Below, in pieces: positions 28,503-36,537 of a stretch of DNA of 36,537 nt (position 1 is the stretch's first letter; every line of letters starts with the position of its first letter). The notes under the pieces were generated by a model that ran no database searches, had not been told where the DNA came from, and saw only the letters and a program-made list of their open reading frames with translations. The position numbers and the translations under genes were made by a program. The DNA is from Bythopirellula sp. (GTDB lineage: Bacteria > Planctomycetota > Planctomycetia > Pirellulales > Lacipirellulaceae). The stretch spans positions 1 to 36,537 of the forward strand of contig JBGTEU010000137.1 in the NCBI GenBank assembly GCA_041747595.1. The letters are read 5' to 3'.

Positions 28503-31181
28503 ATAAAGGCTTTCCGCTTCGACAAACTCACGATCAAAGGCCAAGAGGCGGTGCAGCGGGCGCAGGAGCTGGCGGCCGACGCGGGGAATCCCCAGCTCGA
28601 GCCAATCCATTTGCTCGCTTCGCTTATGGAAGAACAGGAGGGCGTCGTGCGCCCTTTGATGGATCGCATCGGCGCGAACCAAGGACAGCTTCGTCAAATT
28701 GTGAATGCGGAGCTCAAGCATCTGCCGAAGGCTTCGGGAGGTGCGCCCCCGCATTTAAGTTCGGACGCCAATCGCATCCTGGAAGCCGCCCAAGCGCAAG
28801 CTCAGTCAATGCAGGACGAGTACGTTTCGACGGAGCACTTGTTGCTTGCGCTGGCCAAGGAAAAATCGAAGGCGCAGGACGTCCTCAAACTCAACGCCGT
28901 CGACGATCAAGATATTCTCAACGCCCTGCGTGAAGTCCGCGGTTCGGCCCGCGTGACCGACCAAAGCCCCGAGGCGAAATTCCAGGCCCTCGAAAAATAT
29001 GGCATCGATTTGGTGGCCCGTGCGGAACAGGGAAAACTCGACCCCGTGATTGGCCGGGATCAGGAAATCCGCCGTGTGATTCAGGTGCTTTCCCGCCGCA
29101 CGAAAAACAATCCCGTGCTCATCGGCGAGCCGGGCGTCGGCAAGACCGCGATCGCCGAGGGGTTGGCACTCCGCATCGTGCAAAGTGACGTACCCCAAAG
29201 CCTTAAGAACAAGCGCGTGATTGCCCTCGACATGGGTGCCCTTATCGCCGGCACGAAATTCCGCGGCGAGTTCGAAGAACGCCTCAAAGCGGTGCTGCGC
29301 GAGGTGCAGGATTCGGGCGGCAGCGTTATCTTGTTCATCGACGAACTGCATACCGTCGTCGGGGCCGGGGCCGCTGAAGGGGGGAACGACGCCGCGAATC
29401 TGCTGAAGCCGGCCCTCGCGCGGGGTGAGCTCCGCTGCATTGGTGCCACCACGCTCGATGAATACCGCAAATACATCGAAAAAGATGCCGCTCTCGAACG
29501 CCGCTTCCAACCGGTGTTTGTCGGCGAGCCCAACGTCGAAGACACGATCGCGATCCTGCGTGGCTTAAAACCGCGCTACGAAGCACATCACAAGGGGGTG
29601 CGAATCAAGGATTCCGCACTCGTTGCCGCGGCGGAACTTTCGCACCGCTATATCTCCGACCGCTTTTTGCCCGATAAGGCCATCGACCTCATGGACGAAG
29701 CCACGAGCCGCTTGGCGATGGAGCTCGAAAGCGTTCCGACCGAGATCGACCAACTGCAGCGCAAACTCACGCAGCTTGAGATCGCCGCGCGTCAACTCGC
29801 CGAGGAAACCGAGGAACACGCCAAGCAGCGCTTAGCCGAAGTCAACGAAGACATGGCCGACATAAAACGGCAGCTAGCGGATTTGCGTGAGCAATGGGAA
29901 AGCGAAAAGCTCGGCGTGGGCGACGTGCAACAGGTCCGCGAGAAATTGCTTGAAGTGACCCATAAGGGGGAGCAACTCGCCGCAACGATCAAAGACAAGC
30001 AATCGGCCGGTGAACTCGTGGGTGAGGATTTGTATCAATCGCTCTACGAGCTGGACGTCCAGCGGAAGCAACTCACCAAGCAACTCGAAGAAATCGAATC
30101 CCATCAAGCCTCTGGCGAGTCCGCTTCAGCGGGCGGTGCGCGGAAACGCCTCCTTCGACAGGAAGTTGGGCCCGATGAAATCGCCGAAGTCGTGAGCGCG
30201 TGGACCGGCGTACCCGTCTCGCGGATGATGGAAACCGAACGTGCCAAGCTGCTCGTGCTCGAAGAGCGCCTGCACCAACGCGTCGTCGGCCAGGACGAAG
30301 CGGTCGAAGCGGTGGCCAATGCCGTTCGCCGCAGCCGCAGCGGACTGCAGGACCCCGATCGGCCCATCGGTTCGTTCCTGTTTTGCGGTCCGACCGGCGT
30401 CGGCAAAACGGAACTTTGCAAAGCGCTCGCCGAGACGATGTTCGATGATGAAAACGCGATGGTGCGGCTCGACATGAGCGAATTCATGGAGAAACATACC
30501 GTGAGCCGCATGATCGGCGCCCCTCCAGGATACATCGGCTATGAAGAAGGGGGCAAGCTCACCGAAGCGGTTCGCCGTCGGCCTTATTCCGTCGTCCTGT
30601 TGGATGAAATCGAGAAGGCCCATCCCGATGTTTTCAATATCTTGCTCCAGGTGCTCGACGATGGCCGTTTGACCGACAATCATGGCCATACGGTTGATTT
30701 CACGAACACGATCGTCGTGATGACGTCGAACGTCGGCAGCCAATTGATCCAGCAGATCACGACCGAAGGGGGGACGGAAGAAGATTTGCGTCAAGCGCTC
30801 GCCGAATCGCTCCGTGCGCGATTCTTGCCGGAGTTTCTCAACCGCATCGACGAAACGATCGTGTTCCAGCCACTCAACCGTGCTCAGGTCGCGCGGATTG
30901 TCGAACTGCAGCTCGAGCGATTGGCGAAGATTCTTGAAAAGCGGCACTTGAGCTTGACCGTTACCGAAGCGGCTCGCAACCACATTGCCGCCGAAGGCTA
31001 TGACCCCGTATTCGGTGCTCGCCCCGTGAAGCGGGTCATACAACACTCCATCCAGAATCCGCTAGCCACCGAGCTCTTGAAAGGCGACTACCCCGAGGAT
31101 TCGACGATCGAAGTCGATTACCAAGAGGGCGAATTTACATTTCGCCGAACCGATAGTAGCCAACCCGCGCTAGCGAGTTAA
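28503..31181 (+). CDS. clpB: ATP-dependent disaggregase ClpB (start codon anomalous; first canonical start is GTG 28551)
   Basis: Clp-N repeats, GEPGVGKT and GPTGVGKT Walker A motifs, coiled-coil M domain, GARPVKR. The in-frame segment [14 protein letters not shown] lies upstream of GTG 28551. Confidence 0.95.
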   Translation: MKAFRFDKLTIKGQEAVQRAQELAADAGNPQLEPIHLLASLMEEQEGVVRPLMDRIGANQGQLRQIVNAELKHLPKASGGAPPHLSSDANRILEAAQAQAQSMQDEYVSTEHLLLALAKEKSKAQDVLKLNAVDDQDILNALREVRGSARVTDQSPEAKFQALEKYGIDLVARAEQGKLDPVIGRDQEIRRVIQVLSRRTKNNPVLIGEPGVGKTAIAEGLALRIVQSDVPQSLKNKRVIALDMGALIAGTKFRGEFEERLKAVLREVQDSGGSVILFIDELHTVVGAGAAEGGNDAANLLKPALARGELRCIGATTLDEYRKYIEKDAALERRFQPVFVGEPNVEDTIAILRGLKPRYEAHHKGVRIKDSALVAAAELSHRYISDRFLPDKAIDLMDEATSRLAMELESVPTEIDQLQRKLTQLEIAARQLAEETEEHAKQRLAEVNEDMADIKRQLADLREQWESEKLGVGDVQQVREKLLEVTHKGEQLAATIKDKQSAGELVGEDLYQSLYELDVQRKQLTKQLEEIESHQASGESASAGGARKRLLRQEVGPDEIAEVVSAWTGVPVSRMMETERAKLLVLEERLHQRVVGQDEAVEAVANAVRRSRSGLQDPDRPIGSFLFCGPTGVGKTELCKALAETMFDDENAMVRLDMSEFMEKHTVSRMIGAPPGYIGYEEGGKLTEAVRRRPYSVVLLDEIEKAHPDVFNILLQVLDDGRLTDNHGHTVDFTNTIVVMTSNVGSQLIQQITTEGGTEEDLRQALAESLRARFLPEFLNRIDETIVFQPLNRAQVARIVELQLERLAKILEKRHLSLTVTEAARNHIAAEGYDPVFGARPVKRVIQHSIQNPLATELLKGDYPEDSTIEVDYQEGEFTFRRTDSSQPALAS

Positions 31182-31264
31182 AGCAGCGCTTAGCCGGATC
31201 ATAACGTGATCTGGGCATTGATTTCATATATCGCCCGGAGCCAAGCGTGGACCGGGCTAAGAAA

Positions 31265-31456
31265 CTACCGTCCCGCTTCAACGAGTTGCCATTCCTCAAT
31301 CAGCTTTTCGGCACCCGGTGACATCTCGCGGAGCTTGCGGACGATTTCCAACTTTTCGGACTGCGTCGCCTTGGGAAGCTTCGTCTTCAGCTGGGCGAGT
31401 TTTGCATAACGCTTCCGGCGACGGCGAAGTTCTCTTGTACGTTCACTGGCTCCCAC
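31265..31456 (-). CDS. Small basic protein, DUF6800-like
   Basis: ERTRELRRRRKR...KLREMSPGAE pattern; AAGGAG RBS upstream of GTG. Confidence 0.75.
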   Translation of the reverse strand: MGASERTRELRRRRKRYAKLAQLKTKLPKATQSEKLEIVRKLREMSPGAEKLIEEWQLVEAGR

Positions 31457-31568
31457 GATAGATCTCCTTGTAAGGGGGTTCCTTACAAAATACGCACCTT
31501 GTCAAAGGACGGTGTACACTGGTATGAAGAGGTGGACGGACCAGCCTCGAATCTCTTTTTTTAGTGGA

Positions 31569-31597
31569 TTGAAGCACTTTCGTCAACGTGGGAGAAT
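31569..31597 (+). promoter_or_regulatory. Putative sigma70 promoter for tRNA-Ser
   Basis: TTGAAG, 17 bp, GAGAAT with upstream TG; ends 16 bp before the tRNA. Confidence 0.45.
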
Positions 31598-31613
31598 TCT
31601 CTCGCATTTCCTC

Positions 31614-31698
31614 GGTCGGGTGGCAGAGTGGTCGAATGCACCGGTCTTGAAAACCGGCGAGCCTCCGGGCTCCCTGGGTTCGAATCCCAGCCCGACCG
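31614..31698 (+). tRNA. tRNA-Ser (anticodon UGA)
   Basis: Acceptor stem GGTCGGG/CCCGACC with G discriminator; D-arm TGGCAGAGTGGTCGAATGC; anticodon arm CCGGT-CTTGAAA-ACCGG; long variable arm; T-loop GGTTCGAATCC. CCA is not encoded. Confidence 0.97.
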
Positions 31699-31746
31699 CT
31701 CTGTTGAACGTCGCCTCTGGTTTTTCAGGCACCTGATAATCCTGAC

Positions 31747-32901
31747 CTATTTGGTCGGATAATCTTCGATGCGATAGATTGTGCTAATGGGTATTTTGAA
31801 TTTGGCCGCATCGCCACAACGAGGTACGGAATGGCCGTATACTTTAGCCCCATCCTTCCGTGGTACATCGGCCAAGAGTACGACGTGTCTGTATTCACCA
31901 AGAAAACAATAATCACCCTGCTTTGCTTCGGTCCAGCTTGTTATTAGCGAAACATTGGCATATTTGGACGATGCTCTCTGAAACCATGCCTTTAGTTCAA
32001 CATAACGTATTGTTAAACCGCTTTCGCTGGCTATGGCAACACCTCCCGCCTTTGGTCCCCCTGCATAGAGGACATGAGCCATAAAGTGAGCGCAATCGGT
32101 ACTGGTCAGATTCGCAAGGAGCGTCCCAGGATTTGCAAACGAGCCGTATTCACCCGTTGAACAAGCATTGCCTCCCTGGCAATATTTGACTGCGTAAGCC
32201 AAGGCCTTAACTGAGTCATAAGGCAGTCGCGGTTTCTCGATGGCGATGTGACTGTCCAGGACCCAGCCTTTTTGACCTTTATTCGGTCCATCAAGAACAA
32301 GCACATTCCACCACAGTAAATCAACGCCAAACTTTTCGAGCACGGGTTTATCTGAAAGTCGTTCAAGCTGAGTCTCGATAGGAAGCTTAGGTGCCGCCAA
32401 CTCAGAATTAGCGACCGCCGGCCGACTGCGAAGTTGCGTTTCCGAAACTACTCTTGCGAGAGTCTTTTGATGTCCAACGTTCTGAATGTCAACTTCACCA
32501 AGATTGTTTACTGCTCGCTGGGTACGCTCATTCTGCTGAGCGTTATGGAGTTCAGATGACCGTGGTTCACGTGACTCGATGACATTACGGCTACTGACCC
32601 ATCCTTCTTGACCTCGGTGCTGTCCTTCCAAGACTTTTACTCGCGACCATTTTAATATCGACAACGAGGGGTCCTGGCGTGTTTCGTAAACCTCGACTCG
32701 TGTTTTAAAGGGAATGATAGCCACATGCTGCGCGCGATCAGGTACGCTATAGTAATTCGGCGCGCGTACTATGAGCGTCGCATCTCCTTCGTTGGAAAGG
32801 TAGTGCCATACTTCCTGTGCTTGGGCGTAGGCGTCTGAGTTAAATAAGTTCAGGAAGAAAATCAGGTATGTCAGACTCGAAAATAACCGTTTTTTGTTCA
32901 T
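31747..32901 (-). CDS. Secreted protein with two SH3-like repeats and a C-terminal putative amidase (Amidase_6/papain-like) domain
   Basis: Signal peptide; repeats [18 protein letters not shown] and [18 protein letters not shown]; [13 protein letters not shown]...[14 protein letters not shown]...HVVL...VYGHS. Confidence 0.7.
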   Translation of the reverse strand: MNKKRLFSSLTYLIFFLNLFNSDAYAQAQEVWHYLSNEGDATLIVRAPNYYSVPDRAQHVAIIPFKTRVEVYETRQDPSLSILKWSRVKVLEGQHRGQEGWVSSRNVIESREPRSSELHNAQQNERTQRAVNNLGEVDIQNVGHQKTLARVVSETQLRSRPAVANSELAAPKLPIETQLERLSDKPVLEKFGVDLLWWNVLVLDGPNKGQKGWVLDSHIAIEKPRLPYDSVKALAYAVKYCQGGNACSTGEYGSFANPGTLLANLTSTDCAHFMAHVLYAGGPKAGGVAIASESGLTIRYVELKAWFQRASSKYANVSLITSWTEAKQGDYCFLGEYRHVVLLADVPRKDGAKVYGHSVPRCGDAAKFKIPISTIYRIEDYPTK

Positions 32902-32988
32902 AATTCTAATTCGTTAATTCGTACGACGTGCTATCGGTTATAGAATTTAAAACCTGTAAACGCTTATTCTCACCTCGGATAGTTGGAT

Positions 32989-33999
32989 ATGGCAAGCAGC
33001 TATGATGCAATACTGGTAGTTTCTTTCGGCGGGCCGGAAGGGCCGGACGAGGTTATGCCGTTCTTGGAGAACGTGCTCCGCGGCAAACCGGTGCCGCGCG
33101 AGCGGATGCTCGAAGTGGCCGAGCACTATCAGCACTTTGGCGGCGTGAGTCCTCTCAACGAACAAAATCGGAAGTTGATCACCGAGTTGGAGCGAGAACT
33201 CGCGGAGCATGGCCACAAATTGCCGATTTACTGGGGCAATCGCAATTGGCAACCGCTACTGGCTGATACGCTCCAGCAAATGGCCGATGATGGCGTTCAG
33301 CGCGCACTCGCATTCTTCACGAGTGCCTACAGTTCGTACTCCGGTTGTCGGCAATATCGTGAGGATATTGCCCGCGCGCAAGCAACCGTTGGCGCCTCGG
33401 CACCGCAAGTCGAAAAACTCCGCGTCTTCTTCAATCACCCTGGCTTTGTTGAACCGATGGTCGAAGCGGTAAACTCTTGCTTCGCAAAAATTCCCACCGA
33501 GCGCCACGCTAATACTCCCCTGCTCTTCACAGCCCACAGTATTCCACTGGCGATGGCGGACAACTGCCGCTATGTGTCGCAGCTTCAAGAGACATGCCGT
33601 TTGGTTGCCGAGGGAACCGGTCACGCAAATTGGGAGCTTGTCTACCAAAGCCGCAGCGGTTCACCCCAGCAGCCGTGGCTGGAACCGGACGTGTGCGACC
33701 GGATCACCGAGATGCACGCGGCAAAAAACATTACCGACTTGGTAGTGCTTCCCATCGGTTTTATTTCCGACCACATGGAAGTACTATTCGACATCGATAC
33801 CGAGGCCCGTGAGCTGTGCGAGCAATTGGGCATCTCCATGCAGCGAGGGGCGACGGTTGGAACGCATCCGCGCTTTGTTGAGATGATTCGGCTATTGATC
33901 GAAGAACGGCTCAGCGACTCGCCGGAACGACTGGCCCTCGGCAACCTGAGCCCTAGCCACGATGTCTGCCCGGCGGATTGCTGCCTCTACCCGCGGTAA
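32989..33999 (+). CDS. hemH: Ferrochelatase (HemH/CpfC family)
   Basis: SFGGPE, GGVSPL, FTAHSIP, YQSRSG, WLEPD and GFISDHMEVLFDID motifs. Confidence 0.93.
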   Translation: MASSYDAILVVSFGGPEGPDEVMPFLENVLRGKPVPRERMLEVAEHYQHFGGVSPLNEQNRKLITELERELAEHGHKLPIYWGNRNWQPLLADTLQQMADDGVQRALAFFTSAYSSYSGCRQYREDIARAQATVGASAPQVEKLRVFFNHPGFVEPMVEAVNSCFAKIPTERHANTPLLFTAHSIPLAMADNCRYVSQLQETCRLVAEGTGHANWELVYQSRSGSPQQPWLEPDVCDRITEMHAAKNITDLVVLPIGFISDHMEVLFDIDTEARELCEQLGISMQRGATVGTHPRFVEMIRLLIEERLSDSPERLALGNLSPSHDVCPADCCLYPR

Positions 34000-34200
34000 T
34001 TTGCGTTGGGGATATAGCGATTATACCAATAGGCTGTCCTAAGATCGCAATGGAAGGCACCGCGACTTCCACGCTGGCGACGACTTCTTCAGGTGATTCC
34101 TGCTCCACGACGTAAGTTTGAAAGCAGCCGCCCTTACTTTTAGTAAGGTAGGTCTCTGCCTCACAAGTTTTCGCCAAGCCGGTATCGGAGCCACACGTCG

Positions 34201-35169
34201 ATGAAGCCTTATCTGCCACTCTTGGAAAATTGGACCCCCGCACAAGCCGCTCGGATGGAGAATGCCATCTTCGTGGCCCAGCACCGTCTTCAAGAGTTGG
34301 AAATGTTCCGGGACGAGCATTTGATCGACACTCTCGACCGCCATCCGCGGCAGGACCTCGGTATCAACACCATGGGGACCGACCCGCAGCTTCACCATGA
34401 GTGGCAAGAAGGCCGCGCGGGCAGTCTCTCTGCCGAGCAACTGTTCGAGGCCGTGAGCCGGGGAAAAATTTGGCTCAACCTGCGTCGCGTGATGGATCAC
34501 CACCCCGAATACGAGGATGTGGTGAATCGTCTCTACGAAGAAATGGAAGCACTCTGCCCTGGCCTCGTCACGTACAATCGCTCGGCCAATCTGTTAATAT
34601 CGTCGCCCGAGGCGATTGTGTATTACCATTTGGATTGCCCCGTGAACATGCTCTGGCACATTCGGGGGCAAAAACGGGTGTGGGCCTATCCACTCGAAGC
34701 GGGCATTGTCTCCGATGAGACGATCGAAGGAGTGCTCTGCGGCGAAAAATCCGAGGAGCTGGAGTTCCGACCAGAATGGGACGAACTGGCCGTGGTTTAC
34801 GATCTCGAACCAGGTGAGATGGTTACTTGGCCTCAACACACGCCGCACCGCGTGGTAAACACGCAGGGTGTGAACGTATCGCTTTCGACCGAGCACATGA
34901 CGAGCCGTGCGGCGCGGCGGAACAATGTTTTTCTCGCCAACCGGCATTTCCGCCAGTTGCTTGGCTGCGAATTTCGCTCCACCCAACTCAAGGGTTGGCG
35001 TCCCGCGACGAAGGAATTTTTCCTACGGGCAATGCGACGGCTGCCGATGCTCGCGCCGCAAGAGCCGAAAGGTTTCAAATATCCGATCACTTTTGAAGTG
35101 GATCTCGAAGCACCCAACTGCGTGCGTCAGCTTAAAGAATCGCGCGAACATACGCTCGCGCTGATGTAA
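34201..35169 (+). CDS. JmjC/cupin-like Fe(II)/2-oxoglutarate oxygenase-type protein
   Basis: YYHLD (HxD), WHIRGQKRV, LEPGE and PHRVVN (distal His). Confidence 0.75.
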   Translation: MKPYLPLLENWTPAQAARMENAIFVAQHRLQELEMFRDEHLIDTLDRHPRQDLGINTMGTDPQLHHEWQEGRAGSLSAEQLFEAVSRGKIWLNLRRVMDHHPEYEDVVNRLYEEMEALCPGLVTYNRSANLLISSPEAIVYYHLDCPVNMLWHIRGQKRVWAYPLEAGIVSDETIEGVLCGEKSEELEFRPEWDELAVVYDLEPGEMVTWPQHTPHRVVNTQGVNVSLSTEHMTSRAARRNNVFLANRHFRQLLGCEFRSTQLKGWRPATKEFFLRAMRRLPMLAPQEPKGFKYPITFEVDLEAPNCVRQLKESREHTLALM

Positions 35170-35205
35170 AAATCTTCAATGTCTGTGCGGCTTATGCAAC
35201 GGCGG

Positions 35206-35688
35206 CTATTGGCCAATCGTCTGCGTGTTCACGTTCATGCCGAGTTGCGTGGAGGGCCGATCCAAGAGTGGTCCGACTCGCTTGGAGAACGCTTGGGGAT
35301 CGACATAGCCCTCCATGAAGTCGAGCACTTCCCCTTCGGGCGAGATCAACAGCGAAGAGGGATAACCGCGGATACCCAGTTTCTTGATGAGCGAGGCATA
35401 ATCGTCCGAGTGGGCCATGACCGATTCGGTGCGGCCACGGAGTAAGTCCTTCACGCTCTGGTTGCCATAGGTATCGGCAATCATCTTGCGGCAGAACGTG
35501 CAGTTGTTGGAAGTGAACATCACAAGCAGTGGTTTTTTGTGTTCAATCGCTATCTTCCACGCGTCTTCGACGGTCTTGTGATCAAAGACACCTTCGGGAG
35601 CAGCATGATCATGACGCTTTTCCGCATGCGTCTCGGTGGCAACCAAAAGCAGTGCCAGTGCTGTCAATGAGAGAGTCAATGTTTTCAT
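35206..35688 (-). CDS. Exported thioredoxin-fold protein (CTFC)
   Basis: Signal peptide; KKPLLVMFTSNNCTFCRKM; cis-Pro loop GYPS. Confidence 0.85.
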   Translation of the reverse strand: MKTLTLSLTALALLLVATETHAEKRHDHAAPEGVFDHKTVEDAWKIAIEHKKPLLVMFTSNNCTFCRKMIADTYGNQSVKDLLRGRTESVMAHSDDYASLIKKLGIRGYPSSLLISPEGEVLDFMEGYVDPQAFSKRVGPLLDRPSTQLGMNVNTQTIGQ

Positions 35689-35711
35689 GATTCGGTTCCG
35701 GCTGAGCGAAC

Positions 35712-36272
35712 TCACTTGCGATTCGGGGCGTTGGAATGGGCAGAGGCGATTCCCAATTGCAGGCGTCGTTTGAAAGTCTTGGCGTCGACATAGCCTTCGA
35801 TCACGTCGAGCACTTTATTGTTGGAACCCACAAGCACCGTGGTTGGATACCAGCGAACGTGCAGTTTGGAAACCAAAGTGGCGTCGGTATATCGACCGGC
35901 CTCCAAAGTCTCAAACGAGCCTTTTACCATCTCATCCACGTCGGGTTGCTCGTAGGTTTGTTTGATCATCTTGGTGCAGTGGGAACACTGTGGCATCGTG
36001 ACATAAACCAATATCGGCTTGTTCGATTCCTGGGCTGCGGTCCAAGCGGCTGGATAGCTCGCATGCTTAAATAGCGATTGCGACTTCTTTTCCACGACGG
36101 GCATGTCGGCCGGCTGTTCTTTCGCAACGGAAACACAGTCGTCGGCAGTTTGCACCGGGGCGGATGTTTCCCCCGCGGGTGGCGCGGGAGAATCAGCCCA
36201 ACAGGCGGCAAGGGGAGATAGAAGCGATGCAAAGACGACCCATCGCGTCGTCCGTGTGACTGACCGTTCCAT
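35712..36272 (-). CDS. Exported thioredoxin-fold protein (CSHC)
   Basis: Signal peptide; NKPILVYVTMPQCSHCTKM; WYPT; GAGG RBS before ATG 36272. Confidence 0.85.
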   Translation of the reverse strand: MERSVTRTTRWVVFASLLSPLAACWADSPAPPAGETSAPVQTADDCVSVAKEQPADMPVVEKKSQSLFKHASYPAAWTAAQESNKPILVYVTMPQCSHCTKMIKQTYEQPDVDEMVKGSFETLEAGRYTDATLVSKLHVRWYPTTVLVGSNNKVLDVIEGYVDAKTFKRRLQLGIASAHSNAPNRK

Positions 36273-36470
36273 GCCGAGTTCCTCCGTCAATAACGGAACA
36301 CTTCTGTTGAGCTAACAAGAAGTATCGGCGGCTGCTAGCATCGAGCATGGACAGGAATCTTTTGCGAAGCAGATTCCGCACGACGGCTGCAAATTCGCGC
36401 TCCAGCAGCGTGCGCACGTTCGTTACAACCGGACGTGATTTCGAGAAGACCAGTCGCCGAGGGATAACTT

Positions 36471-36537
36471 GTCATCCCCGCGCAGGCGGGGATCCAGTCG
36501 TCAACGCTGTGTCCTGGATTCCCGCCTGCGCGGGAAA
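36471..36537. repeat. REP/dRS3-like palindromic repeat pair, truncated by the window end
   Basis: GTCATCCCCGCGCAGGCGGGGATCCAG ... CTGGATTCCCGCCTGCGCGGGAA: two inverted copies, each itself a small hairpin. Confidence 0.8.

Noticed and set aside
31188-31262. Branched hairpin between convergent clpB and the DUF6800-like gene
   Set aside because: Most simply a terminator or stability structure; no U-tract or other support for a separate call.
31698-32988. Integrative element at tRNA-Ser
   Set aside because: No integrase and no duplicated tRNA 3' end; kept only as a possible acquired single gene.
36322-36350. GCCGATAC on the minus strand as a sigma28-like -10 for the thioredoxin pair
   Set aside because: No convincing -35 at the proper spacing.

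Overview
Bacterial chromosomal window, most likely from a Planctomycete (Pirellulales/Lacipirellulaceae-like). This is inferred from the DUF1553/DUF1501 gene pair, a planctomycete-type RpoZ, a DUF6800-like protein and split coaC/coaB. Left part: a DUF1553-DUF1501 pair, then a glucuronoxylan utilisation operon (uxuA, GH67, GPH symporter, GH10, GH43, GH3). This is followed by a ~740-bp ORF-free, hairpin-dense spacer and a frameshifted XylR-type regulator. Middle: rhomboid protease, acyl-CoA dehydrogenase, M29 aminopeptidase, a DUF2934 protein, a ~190-nt rod-shaped candidate ncRNA, and the minus-strand housekeeping run tpiA-secG-yicC-gmk-rpoZ-coaC-coaB. A mazEF-type cassette sits at the 3' end of pheA between two 32-bp direct repeats. 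Right part: dnaK (sigma54-type promoter with candidate enhancer and IHF sites), clpB (no canonical start at its conserved N-terminus), a DUF6800-like protein, tRNA-Ser(UGA), an AT-richer SH3/amidase gene, hemH, a JmjC/cupin protein, two tandem exported thioredoxin-fold proteins and a REP-like palindrome. The best novelty candidates are the two unannotated structured RNAs (13649-14095 on +, 19793-19981 on -), the integrase-free TA insertion and the dnaK promoter architecture. All calls are by-eye recognition; no searches or folding programs were run.
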